From: Candidatus Zipacnadia bacterium
GTDB lineage: Bacteria; Armatimonadota; Zipacnadia; Zipacnadales; Zipacnadaceae
Assembly: GCA_029820565.1 (NCBI GenBank)
Contig: JALGUR010000001.1
Span: 17,218-81,217 of the forward strand
DNA: 64,000 bases
Direction: 5' to 3'
Position numbers and translations under genes: made by a program. Positions 37,637 through 46,308 of this stretch are shown here, piece by piece (position 1 is the first letter of the stretch; the number at the start of each line of letters is the position of its first letter). The notes beneath the pieces are model-generated. The model had not been told where the DNA came from. It searched no databases and saw nothing but the letters and a program-made list of their open reading frames with translations.

Positions 37637-38872
37637 GTGATTGTATTAGTTATTAACTGTGGCAGTTCCTCGGTAAAGTACGAAATCTTCCAGACCCAAC
37701 CCGAAAAATCTTTGGCCTCCGGCCTAGCCGATCGCGTGGCCGTCAACGGCGGTCAGCAAGCCGCCTTAACTCATCAACGCTCGTCCGGCCAGATCCACCG
37801 TCGCGAAGCTGAGATGCCCACTTATGAAGTGGCACTCAGTTACATAGTGAAGGCGATTACTGATCCGGATTATGGCGTGGTTGGGTCCCTGGAGGAAATT
37901 GAGGCGGTTGGTCATAGAGTAGTTCACGGCGGGGAGCGATTCTCGGCCTCCGTACTCATCGACGAAGAGGTACTCGCAGCCATAGCAGAGTTTTGCGAAC
38001 TGGCCCCGCTGCATAATCCCGCCAACCTGGAAGGCATCTATGCCTGTCAGAAGCATTTGCCTGATGTGCCCCAGGTGGCGGTTTTTGACACTGCCTTTCA
38101 TCAAACGATACCACCTCACGCGTTCATATATGGCCTGCCGTACGAGTTCTACCAGGAGCAGGGCATCCGCCGATACGGCTTCCACGGCACTTCGCACCGT
38201 TACATCACCCTGAGGGCAACTGAAATCCTTAAGCGCCGGGGGGTAGCGCCACAGGACCAGCGGTTGGTAACCTGCCATCTGGGCAACGGGTGCAGTATCA
38301 CTGCGGTCAAAGGCGGAAAGTCGGTAGACACCTCTCTAGGCTTCACTCCTCTGGAGGGGCTGCTGATGGGCACGCGCTGTGGTGATTTGGACCCGGCGAT
38401 AGTGCCTTATCTAATTAGCGAGCTGGACCTGTCCGCCGAACAGGTAGACGACTTGCTCAATACCCGCAGCGGTCTGTTGGGGGTCTCGGGAGTCAGCAGT
38501 GATATGCGGGACGTATGGGCTGCAGTGACCGCAGGCAACCGTCGGGCGCGCCTGGCTGTAGACATTTTCTGCTACCGCATTGAAAAATACATTGGCGCCT
38601 ATGCGGCGGTTATGGGAGGGCTGGACGCCGTAGTTTTCACGGCAGGAATAGGGGAAAACGACCCCGAAGTGCGCCGACGCGCCGTGGCCGGTCTCCAGCA
38701 TTTGGGGCTATACCTGGACAAGACTGCCAATGAAGACCTGAGCCTAAATGTCCAGCCCGTGGATATTAGCACCCCCGACAGCCCCGCCCGAATTCTGGTC
38801 ATACCCACTGATGAGGAACTGATGATCGCCCGAGATACCGCCGCCCTTCTGCACACCGATCACCTTTCCTGA
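37637..38872 (+). CDS. ackA: acetate kinase
   Basis: N-terminal LVINCGSSSVKYEIF, GFHGTSH, and C-terminal IPTDEELMIA. GTG start. Confidence 0.9.
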   Translation: MIVLVINCGSSSVKYEIFQTQPEKSLASGLADRVAVNGGQQAALTHQRSSGQIHRREAEMPTYEVALSYIVKAITDPDYGVVGSLEEIEAVGHRVVHGGERFSASVLIDEEVLAAIAEFCELAPLHNPANLEGIYACQKHLPDVPQVAVFDTAFHQTIPPHAFIYGLPYEFYQEQGIRRYGFHGTSHRYITLRATEILKRRGVAPQDQRLVTCHLGNGCSITAVKGGKSVDTSLGFTPLEGLLMGTRCGDLDPAIVPYLISELDLSAEQVDDLLNTRSGLLGVSGVSSDMRDVWAAVTAGNRRARLAVDIFCYRIEKYIGAYAAVMGGLDAVVFTAGIGENDPEVRRRAVAGLQHLGLYLDKTANEDLSLNVQPVDISTPDSPARILVIPTDEELMIARDTAALLHTDHLS

Positions 38873-38961
38873 GCACCCAGCAACTTGCCGCTTGAGGTCA
38901 TCTGCTCATATCGTAGAACCCGCAACCGCGCCGCGCCGCAAATTGGCCAGGGCTTGAGTAT

Positions 38962-40638
38962 TCAAGCCTGAGCCACCAACTCCATGTTCAACTTAAAGTC
39001 CAAAGCCACCTCAAACAACCGCCGCCAGGGCAACTTCACCTGTATTTCCTCTATTTCAGCCAGTAATAGCGCATTGCGATCATCCTCGGGCCCGATCTCC
39101 ACGCAACACTTGTCCATAAACCTCTCAACCCATAGATTGCTGGCTACCTCCGTGAGTTGGTCTCCTACGATCTGCTCCGCCTGGATGTGAACATCTTGTA
39201 GGTCACAGGCTGACCAGCGAACCATCTGGGCAACGCGGCTGGTCACCACGGGGCGAACCCGAGTCTGGTAGAGCCAGTCATCCACAAAGCGGGTGAACAG
39301 AAATTGAATGTGGGCCCGCTGGGCATTGATGAGAGAGTTCAATAGTCCCAGGTAGCGCATCGTGGCGAAACTGCCGAATAAATGCACCAGGTCAAAAGCG
39401 CCTTTGTCCTGGAGAGCAATGAGCCGCAGGGTGCTATGGGCCAAGACTGAGCCTACCGAGTTACTGGCTGTATTCCACGCGGCATAGGACAGCAACTGAG
39501 ACGGCTCCACACCGGCCCCAAACATCGCCTGGACAAACACATCGTCAGCGCCGTTGGGGAAGGCGGCGTCGCAGATTGCCAGACCCCGACGTGGACTCAT
39601 CTGAAGTACTTGCTGCACCGCCTCTGACAGATGGGCCAGACGTTGTTTGTAAACTGCTGCTTCCATCGCCCGCCGGCGGCTAAGGCCGGCTGGCGGGCTG
39701 AGCAGCACAGTCAGGGCTGCTTCCTCACCGTTTTTAGCCATCCGACCGCCAATCGCCGCTACTTGTGCCGCCACTACTTCAGTAAAAGGCCGATCTTCGA
39801 ACTCAGCAACATTCTGGGCCGCCGCCTCATCCGCATAGACCACTCTGATTACAGGCTGCTTCTCCATATGCTGATGAATAAAGCGGGCCAGCAGAGTCAT
39901 GCCCACTTCATCGGTGCCCGGGTATATCATTGCCCGATCGGCAACCTGTAATTGGGCTATGCGCTCGTTGATTTGCTGTTGCTCGGCGATATGCAGGCCC
40001 TGCGGCCCCGCGTCGTCCTGAGGCAGGACGAGAAAGTTAATATTACCAGCAGCCACTTCCTTGAGGGCGCGGACATTTATCTCATGGTTGCGGGCCCTAA
40101 CCGCCAAATACCTCTCCCGGACACCACCGGCCAGTTGGTTCTCTATTCCCTGAAGGGCATCACGTTGCTGTTGGCTGCCCTCGGTAGCGACCAGGCTCTT
40201 AAACCGAGAGTACTCAGTTAGAAGTTGCCGATGCTCCTTGGTGTCGTTGGCCACCCCAGTCGGCGCCTGGCCAAGTATCACAGTGCTGGCATATATCGTC
40301 ACTTCGGGTGTAATCTGGCGAAGGTCTTCAAGCACCTCGAGATGCTGTTGCGCTACTTCGGTGGCAGTATCAGGCTTGCGCGAGGCTATCAGTCCCCCGT
40401 AGGCCAGCATATCAAGGCTCAATATGGCGCAGTCAGCCGGCTCGGCCAACTGGGCCTGCAACCACTCCCCAATTTGCTCAGGCTGACCCGGCTTGTGAAA
40501 GTTGCCCAGCAGCTCCCGCGGCGGAGTCAGCAACTCATACTCCACCATCTGGGCGAGAAGTTGAGGCATTTTCAGATTGACAGGTCGGTCATCCAGAGGC
40601 ACGTACACTACACGGTGGACCCGGTGTCTCAGGGACAC
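38962..40638 (-). CDS. DUF4127-like protein
   Basis: 558 aa. The N-terminal VVYVPLDDRPVN matches my recollection of the DUF4127 N-terminus. Last gene of a four-gene overlapping operon. Confidence 0.5.
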   Translation of the reverse strand: MSLRHRVHRVVYVPLDDRPVNLKMPQLLAQMVEYELLTPPRELLGNFHKPGQPEQIGEWLQAQLAEPADCAILSLDMLAYGGLIASRKPDTATEVAQQHLEVLEDLRQITPEVTIYASTVILGQAPTGVANDTKEHRQLLTEYSRFKSLVATEGSQQQRDALQGIENQLAGGVRERYLAVRARNHEINVRALKEVAAGNINFLVLPQDDAGPQGLHIAEQQQINERIAQLQVADRAMIYPGTDEVGMTLLARFIHQHMEKQPVIRVVYADEAAAQNVAEFEDRPFTEVVAAQVAAIGGRMAKNGEEAALTVLLSPPAGLSRRRAMEAAVYKQRLAHLSEAVQQVLQMSPRRGLAICDAAFPNGADDVFVQAMFGAGVEPSQLLSYAAWNTASNSVGSVLAHSTLRLIALQDKGAFDLVHLFGSFATMRYLGLLNSLINAQRAHIQFLFTRFVDDWLYQTRVRPVVTSRVAQMVRWSACDLQDVHIQAEQIVGDQLTEVASNLWVERFMDKCCVEIGPEDDRNALLLAEIEEIQVKLPWRRLFEVALDFKLNMELVAQA

Positions 40639-41390
40639 TGTGTTCGCCTCCTTTCGTCAACAACATTGCGATGTGCATGTTTGCTGGCATCCAAACCCTC
40701 CCGAAATCGGCGGGTCGCGGCTTCCAGGGCTGTTGCCTGGTGACCGGTTACAATGGCGCCTATCAAAATACCCCGCACTCCTATCGCCAACGTCTCTGCT
40801 ATCTGCTCGGGCGTCATCTTACGCTGGGTAGGCACCACGACCGGCAGGTCAGGGTAATGGGCCACAATATCCTGATATAAATGCAGGTCCTCGGCAGTGA
40901 GCGGTTCACCATAGCCGTCCGGCTTGATGATGGAAGCCTCGATCATATCACAGTACGTTGTGTACGGATCAAGCGAGAAGCCAGATTCTTTTTGCCGGTA
41001 ACTCAAGGCAATCATCACCGACATTGAAGTGTCCATCTCCACCATCCAACGGGGTATATCATGAATATAAGCGTCAAAGAAATCAATTCCCATCTCGTCC
41101 AGCCGCTGCATATCTGCCCGACTGACCATTGCGCCGCCACCGCCGGGGACGACACCTACTGGCACCCCCAGGTCCACAATCTGCTCTATAACAGGACCTT
41201 CCTCCTTGAGGCTACCAAAGTGAGTGCCGCTGGCGTGATGATCAACATTCAGATGCACTTTCAGGCACTGCGCCCCGCCCGCGACGGCCGCTTGGGCCAG
41301 TTCCCGGTCATTGTGTGGTAAACTGACCAGCAGCATGGGCTGGCCGGCCTTCAATGTTCTTTTCACAATGCAGCGCTGATTACTCACCAT
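40629..41390 (-). CDS. putative aldolase-type TIM-barrel protein (NanE-like?), function unknown
   Basis: ORF trimmed to ATG 41390. GVVPGGGG and GVRGILIGAIVTG segments suggest a phosphate-binding TIM barrel. Overlaps both neighbours. Confidence 0.4.
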   Translation of the reverse strand: MVSNQRCIVKRTLKAGQPMLLVSLPHNDRELAQAAVAGGAQCLKVHLNVDHHASGTHFGSLKEEGPVIEQIVDLGVPVGVVPGGGGAMVSRADMQRLDEMGIDFFDAYIHDIPRWMVEMDTSMSVMIALSYRQKESGFSLDPYTTYCDMIEASIIKPDGYGEPLTAEDLHLYQDIVAHYPDLPVVVPTQRKMTPEQIAETLAIGVRGILIGAIVTGHQATALEAATRRFREGLDASKHAHRNVVDERRRTQCP

Positions 41391-42714
41391 AATTGCCACT
41401 TTCAATTTCGGTGGGCCAGAATACCTCGCGCGGCAATACAATGCGGATATTGGTAATGTCCGCCACCGCAGTGTCACCCACCGCCGACAGTGGCTCGTAA
41501 GGGTCCAAACTGGCCTTGATGTGCCAGGTCCCTGCTTTGGGACGGTCAAGATTAGCAGGCGCCTCCGGGTCCAGGGCTATGCGCGGCAGCAGATGCCAGG
41601 ACTGGTTTCCCTTAGTTTTAGCCAGCACTTGGCACCGTGACAGCACCCGCCGAAACCAGTCTTTATGCCGTCCGGTGAGGTCATCGGCGCGATAACTGGG
41701 GTATAGATAACCGGCGAACAAAGGTGGCACCCCTTCCCACGAAGGCTCCCTACCATCTATCGGGCCCACGACCATCCACTGTGTTTTCGATCGGATATAC
41801 CATACTTCGGGATCATTAGCGTGCCCCCGAGGGACAATCTGAAACCCCCCTACCAAACCCAGCGGCGAGGTGGAGATGTCAATGACCCCCGCATGATTGG
41901 CTCGCAGCCGTCCGGGGGCGGCATACACTGTCCCCTCAAATCGCCCGATGCCCACCACCGGCTTCAGCACTTGCCCAATAACCTCCTGTGCGAGCACCTC
42001 AAGCGCGTAGGCGGGGTTCTCCAATCCCGCCGCGCCAGGCTGGGCAGGTTGAGACTTCGGCGAGCTCAGTCGAGCCGGACCTGCGCTACGCGAGAAGTGG
42101 GGCTTGCCTTTGGCATGGCAATAGGTGAGCGTAATCAGACCCCCGAACTTGTTCTCAAAGTCAATATATCGCACGGCCCGTGGTGGCCGATGGCGAGTAA
42201 TCACCAGAACATCGCCTGGAGCCGGCTCATACTCCGAGTCGAGCGGAACCAGCGTTTCACCGTTCTGCGCCAAGTGCACTGACGAACCCACAGTCGGTCC
42301 CAGTCCCCCGAAAATCCCCTGACCGGCCAGCACATCGGTGATGATACTGGCGCTGGGCTTCTCGGTGGCTGCCCCCACAGTCTTATCTGCCGGTGTAATG
42401 CTGAAGATAACGCCACGGCCTGTAGTTTTGTCGGTTCTGACCTTAATATGAATCGCGTTCACTGCGGTGGCGGCCACGGTGCTATCAGGCACCCAGCGGC
42501 TGGCATTGTAGCCTTTCGGGTTGACAGTAGTCGCTGGTCGGACGACCTGGCCGATGGTCAACCATTCCGCGCCGTTAGTGCGACTGACCGAGATAGCACC
42601 GCCGGCCCGATTCTCTATCCTTATGCGCAGGTCCTCCGGTTGGGCAATAGCACTCTGGGCCCCACCCCAGATGACTACCGCCACCAGTGTTGACCAGACA
42701 GCCCGGCGTCTCAT
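41380..42714 (-). CDS. secreted hypothetical protein
   Basis: 444 aa. Signal peptide MRRRAVWSTLVAVVIWGGAQSAIAQ. TAATG overlap with the apgM stop. No family recognised. Confidence 0.6.
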   Translation of the reverse strand: MRRRAVWSTLVAVVIWGGAQSAIAQPEDLRIRIENRAGGAISVSRTNGAEWLTIGQVVRPATTVNPKGYNASRWVPDSTVAATAVNAIHIKVRTDKTTGRGVIFSITPADKTVGAATEKPSASIITDVLAGQGIFGGLGPTVGSSVHLAQNGETLVPLDSEYEPAPGDVLVITRHRPPRAVRYIDFENKFGGLITLTYCHAKGKPHFSRSAGPARLSSPKSQPAQPGAAGLENPAYALEVLAQEVIGQVLKPVVGIGRFEGTVYAAPGRLRANHAGVIDISTSPLGLVGGFQIVPRGHANDPEVWYIRSKTQWMVVGPIDGREPSWEGVPPLFAGYLYPSYRADDLTGRHKDWFRRVLSRCQVLAKTKGNQSWHLLPRIALDPEAPANLDRPKAGTWHIKASLDPYEPLSAVGDTAVADITNIRIVLPREVFWPTEIESGNYGE

Positions 42715-43970
42715 TATGCTCCGAACTTCTCCATACGATCGGCATAGCTGCGGATAATGGTCATAACATCCCCGCCCCGGATACGATGAATACTACCCGT
42801 AGCACAGGAGCGCTCACCGAATTTGTCCACGAAGTCAGGCCGCACGCCATGGCCATAGAAGGCAATGGGAATGGCATCGCCGCTATGATCGCCGACCGAA
42901 ATAGGTGTACAATGGTCAGCCCCCACCATTATAACGGTCTGCTCCCAGTCTAACTTGTGCAGTAGGTAGTCTATAGCCCGGTCCACTTTCGCGATGGCCT
43001 GCATCTTGGCCTCAACATCGCTGTCGTGTCCACCCAGATCGGGGGCTTTAATGTTGCAAAGCACAAAATCATATTCTCGCCAGACTGCCGAGATAGCCTC
43101 AGCAATGGCTATCTCATCGGTATTCATCCCGCCAGTGGCTCCCTTTACACTGATAACGTCCATCCCCAGGTACATTCCCAGGCCGCGCACCAGGTCTACC
43201 TCAACTATCATAGCACCATTCATACCGTAGCGCTGCCGAAAGGACTGCAAATGAGGCGCAGTGCCCGCCCCCCGAGGCAGCACGGCGTTAGCGGGCAACA
43301 GATTCCGGGCCTGGCGGTCCTTGTTGACCTCGCTATCTGCCAACACTTCGTGGCTGCGCTGGACAAACTCATTAACGATTCGGGCCGTCCGCTGCGCCGC
43401 CGGATCGTCTGCAACCTCCGGCAAAGGCTGGCACAGATGAACTTCAACCCCATCCTGGTGAGGATCAACATCCGTAACCCGATGGTCCAACCCTTCGCCA
43501 CGCAGCAGTAACGCCGCGCGGTGTTCTACCGATTGTTCAAAGATGATCTGTATGCCATCAATGCCGTCGGCGAATGCCTCCGTTATAGCGGCAGCGAGGA
43601 CATCGGTTCCTTCCTTTATCCGACCGGCGCGTCGCTCCTTAACCACATTGTCCTCCACAGTGGCGAAATTGCACCTAAACGCCACATCACCGGCCTTGAC
43701 GGCCAGGCCGACCCCCCGGGCCTCAAACGGACCACGGCCAGTGTAATACTGGAAGGGGTCATAGCCCAAGATCGCCATGTGAGCGGTATCACTGCCCGCA
43801 GGCACACCTGGGCTGATGGGGTCCATCAATCCGCATTCGCCACCGGCAGCAATAGCGTCCAGCGCCGGGGTGTCCTGCGCCTCCAGGCAAGTACGGCCTT
43901 CTAATGAAGCCAGTGGCCGACCCCCCATGCCATCACCTAAGAAGATAATCTGCTTACAATCACTAACCAA
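42714..43970 (-). CDS. apgM: cofactor-independent phosphoglycerate mutase, archaeal-type (ApgM)
   Basis: LGDGMGGRP...TPALDAIA...PGVPAGSDTAHMAILGYDP...YTGRGPFEA are typical ApgM motifs. GGAG SD. Confidence 0.85.
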   Translation of the reverse strand: MVSDCKQIIFLGDGMGGRPLASLEGRTCLEAQDTPALDAIAAGGECGLMDPISPGVPAGSDTAHMAILGYDPFQYYTGRGPFEARGVGLAVKAGDVAFRCNFATVEDNVVKERRAGRIKEGTDVLAAAITEAFADGIDGIQIIFEQSVEHRAALLLRGEGLDHRVTDVDPHQDGVEVHLCQPLPEVADDPAAQRTARIVNEFVQRSHEVLADSEVNKDRQARNLLPANAVLPRGAGTAPHLQSFRQRYGMNGAMIVEVDLVRGLGMYLGMDVISVKGATGGMNTDEIAIAEAISAVWREYDFVLCNIKAPDLGGHDSDVEAKMQAIAKVDRAIDYLLHKLDWEQTVIMVGADHCTPISVGDHSGDAIPIAFYGHGVRPDFVDKFGERSCATGSIHRIRGGDVMTIIRSYADRMEKFGA

Positions 43971-43989
43971 GATGACTTCTCCTTTCTGT

Positions 43990-44055
43990 CGCGTAGCGCA
44001 GGTTCTCTAACCTGCGCGATGCACTGGGACGAGGTTGGAGAACCTCGCCTACGCG
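43990..44055. repeat. two-hairpin palindromic repeat element, copy A
   Basis: Outer stem CGCGTAG/CTACGCG encloses GCGCAGGTT-CTCT-AACCTGCGC and CGAGGTT-GGAG-AACCTCG. An inverted copy lies at 58961..59025. Confidence 0.8.
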
Positions 44056-44197
44056 CTAACAGAGCATCCTTTCAAGCTGCGTCTGGGCCCCATTGTAATA
44101 GGTAATACAGGCGGGGTCAAGCGCTGCCACTTGGAGGTAATTGGGATGCTGCCGACCGGGGACAGCGGCGCTGAGGAGGGCAGTAATGTCCAGACGC

Positions 44198-45601
44198 TTA
44201 TTGAACTTGGCTCAGTTCTTCTTTAGTCCAGGCAGGCTTATAGGTCCAACTCAGCAGACGCGTGTCGCGCTCAATCCATTGCAGGTCCAGATCAGGGCGA
44301 TGGATGGACCAACTGCGGATACGCTCAGTAGCCCTACGTGCCAGGTCCTCGCCAATGAGCGGGTAAGGACAGTCAACCGAGACGCGGAACCTGCGTTGGC
44401 CTGTGTTGTTGCCCACCACAATCGCTCGGGCCAGCGCCACGAAGTAGTCAGCAATGTACAGGACGCTCTCCCCGCAGGACACCTGATCAGGGACCTTTCG
44501 GGCAGCCGTCAGATATGCCTGAACTACTGCGCTAACTGCCAGGACATGTTCGGGGTCAACTGTGCTCCCCGTCGACTTAGTGGGCAGACTTTCCGGTGCC
44601 AGCAACTCTCGCCGCCGGAGGAAGTCACTGTTAGGATGTTGGGTGTAGTCGGCCATAAGCCCCAGAATCTCAGCCGCGGTAAAACTATCAGTAAATATCA
44701 CTGCCTCTTCCTCGCATATCCGCTGACAAATCTCCTTCAACTGCCGGGGAGTACAGCCGGCTTTCTGGCTGCTGAATCGCTGCACCAAGTCGGAGAAGCC
44801 AATGACCTCCAAGCGCTCCTCGCTGGCCATCCACTGGAGAAAACGCTGGAAGTTATTGCGGGCAGTGTGCTCTTCATCGGCGGTGATTGCGGCGGGATTT
44901 TCCCACTTTTCCGGTGTGGTCGCCCTGCCTTCACCAAAGTTCACGTCATCCCAAAACTGGTGATGCACCACCCGGGTCGGATGGCAACCGAACAAGCCCA
45001 AGTAGGGAACGCCACGGTCCAAGCGCTGGTCTACCCACTGTTTATAATCAGCCCAGGCCTGCACGAACTTTGTATCCTGATGAAAGTCTCCGCAAAGGCC
45101 GGGGGAGAACTCCGCCACATTTAGACTGCCGGCAAACCAGCAAGGCCGGCTGGGATCATCTCCATAAATCGGGCTGTACATCAGGGCCCGGCCGTGCTGA
45201 CCCAGCATTACCGCCAGAGCCGGCGACCAACTGCCCCCGCTGAGGCCCCAGTGCTTTACGGGCCGGCCCATAATGCGTTCGGTCGCCTCCCAACCAGGAC
45301 GTTCCCAGCCCCAGAGCATCTCCGCGCCCGCTTGCGCGGGCAGACTTTCACTTATCTCGCTGATGGTGGGATGAAACGAATGGCGCGAACTATGGAAATG
45401 CAGATCATGACCTTTGACCGCTTCAATTACCTGACGCAGCCCCAGTTGTTCCCAGGCTCTTACCTTCTCAGCGACCAGGAAACAGCTGCCGACCAGCCCC
45501 GCCGTGCTAATGTCCTGGGTTATCCATTGTGTGGCCTGGTGGCTGCGCATCGTAATGGGGTCTTCAATATCCAAACACAGAATAGCCGGCGTCCTGGCCA
45601 T
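44198..45601 (-). CDS. hypothetical protein, possibly polysaccharide deacetylase/GH57-like fold
   Basis: ORF trimmed to ATG 45601 (GAGGAG SD). The ILCLDIEDP and HFHSSRHSFHP segments weakly suggest a deacetylase-type barrel. Confidence 0.45.
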   Translation of the reverse strand: MARTPAILCLDIEDPITMRSHQATQWITQDISTAGLVGSCFLVAEKVRAWEQLGLRQVIEAVKGHDLHFHSSRHSFHPTISEISESLPAQAGAEMLWGWERPGWEATERIMGRPVKHWGLSGGSWSPALAVMLGQHGRALMYSPIYGDDPSRPCWFAGSLNVAEFSPGLCGDFHQDTKFVQAWADYKQWVDQRLDRGVPYLGLFGCHPTRVVHHQFWDDVNFGEGRATTPEKWENPAAITADEEHTARNNFQRFLQWMASEERLEVIGFSDLVQRFSSQKAGCTPRQLKEICQRICEEEAVIFTDSFTAAEILGLMADYTQHPNSDFLRRRELLAPESLPTKSTGSTVDPEHVLAVSAVVQAYLTAARKVPDQVSCGESVLYIADYFVALARAIVVGNNTGQRRFRVSVDCPYPLIGEDLARRATERIRSWSIHRPDLDLQWIERDTRLLSWTYKPAWTKEELSQVQ

Positions 45602-45716
45602 GCAAGTACACTCCTCACAAGTCCTTAGCAAAATAGTCTCAGGCTGTCAGCCATTCTTTCCGTCCCGTAGGGAAAAGTCCTTCACAAAGTTTGCCCTGGT
45701 CGCCTGAGTCAGCGGC

Positions 45717-45745
45717 TTGACTTACGACTTCTTTTACCCGATAAT
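45717..45745 (+). promoter_or_regulatory. sigma70-type promoter for the pseudopilin gene (very short leader)
   Basis: TTGACT, 17 nt spacer, GATAAT. The ATG at 45758 lies 12 nt after the -10 box with no SD. Confidence 0.5.
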
Positions 45746-45757
45746 TAGCGTCAACCA

Positions 45758-46222
45758 ATGCGAGTCAACGGGTCGAACATCAAGGGACTGACCGTATGGG
45801 AGCTGCTGGCGCTAATAGCGCTGGTCACCGCCCTGGCTTTCTTGTTGATGAGCGTGATAGGCGGAAACGGTGTTGCTGATCAACGGAGTCTGACGATCAG
45901 CCGCCTGCGGGCCATCCGTGATGCTTTACACAAGTATGCTATTGACAACGGTGGAGAGTTCCCCACCAGCGATCAGGGCTTGGCGGCATTGGTCCGAGAG
46001 CCAACCACTGACCCCATACCACGTAACTGGCTGGGGCCATATCTACCGGACGCAGCCGCGTTAGCGGATGCCTGGGGTCGGCAGTTCCATTATGTCCAGC
46101 CTGGGGCTGGAGAACCTCCGCGACCCTACGATCTCTGGAGCCTCGGGGCCGACGGTGCTGAAGGGGGCAGCGGGCCCGATGCCGATATTCTGTCCTGGAA
46201 GCGCGGTACGCTGATACCCTAA
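45758..46222 (+). CDS. GspG-like type II secretion pseudopilin
   Basis: Prepilin-like N-terminus KG/LTVWELLALIALV (Glu at +5). C-terminal T2SS-G-like region NWLGPYL...DAWGRQFHYVQPG...YDLWSLGADGAEGGSGPDADILSW. Confidence 0.75.
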   Translation: MRVNGSNIKGLTVWELLALIALVTALAFLLMSVIGGNGVADQRSLTISRLRAIRDALHKYAIDNGGEFPTSDQGLAALVREPTTDPIPRNWLGPYLPDAAALADAWGRQFHYVQPGAGEPPRPYDLWSLGADGAEGGSGPDADILSWKRGTLIP

Positions 46223-46308
46223 TTGGGCGAGGTACTCTTGCGAAGGCCGGTATTCGTGTTCAAGACCTATCCCGATGAAGGTTTGCATAAAGAAACGGAG
46301 CCGTACCC

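Noticed and set aside
41391-41549. 53-aa N-terminal extension of the TIM-barrel-like ORF
   Set aside because: It would overlap the upstream secreted-protein gene by 170 nt. The internal ATG at 41390 gives an ordinary 11-nt coupling overlap.
44141-45124. 327-aa plus-strand ORF
   Set aside because: It is entirely antisense to the better-supported 467-aa minus-strand gene, which has a GAGGAG SD and sensible domain-like sequence. Its composition is Arg/Pro/Gly-rich, typical of a GC-rich shadow frame.
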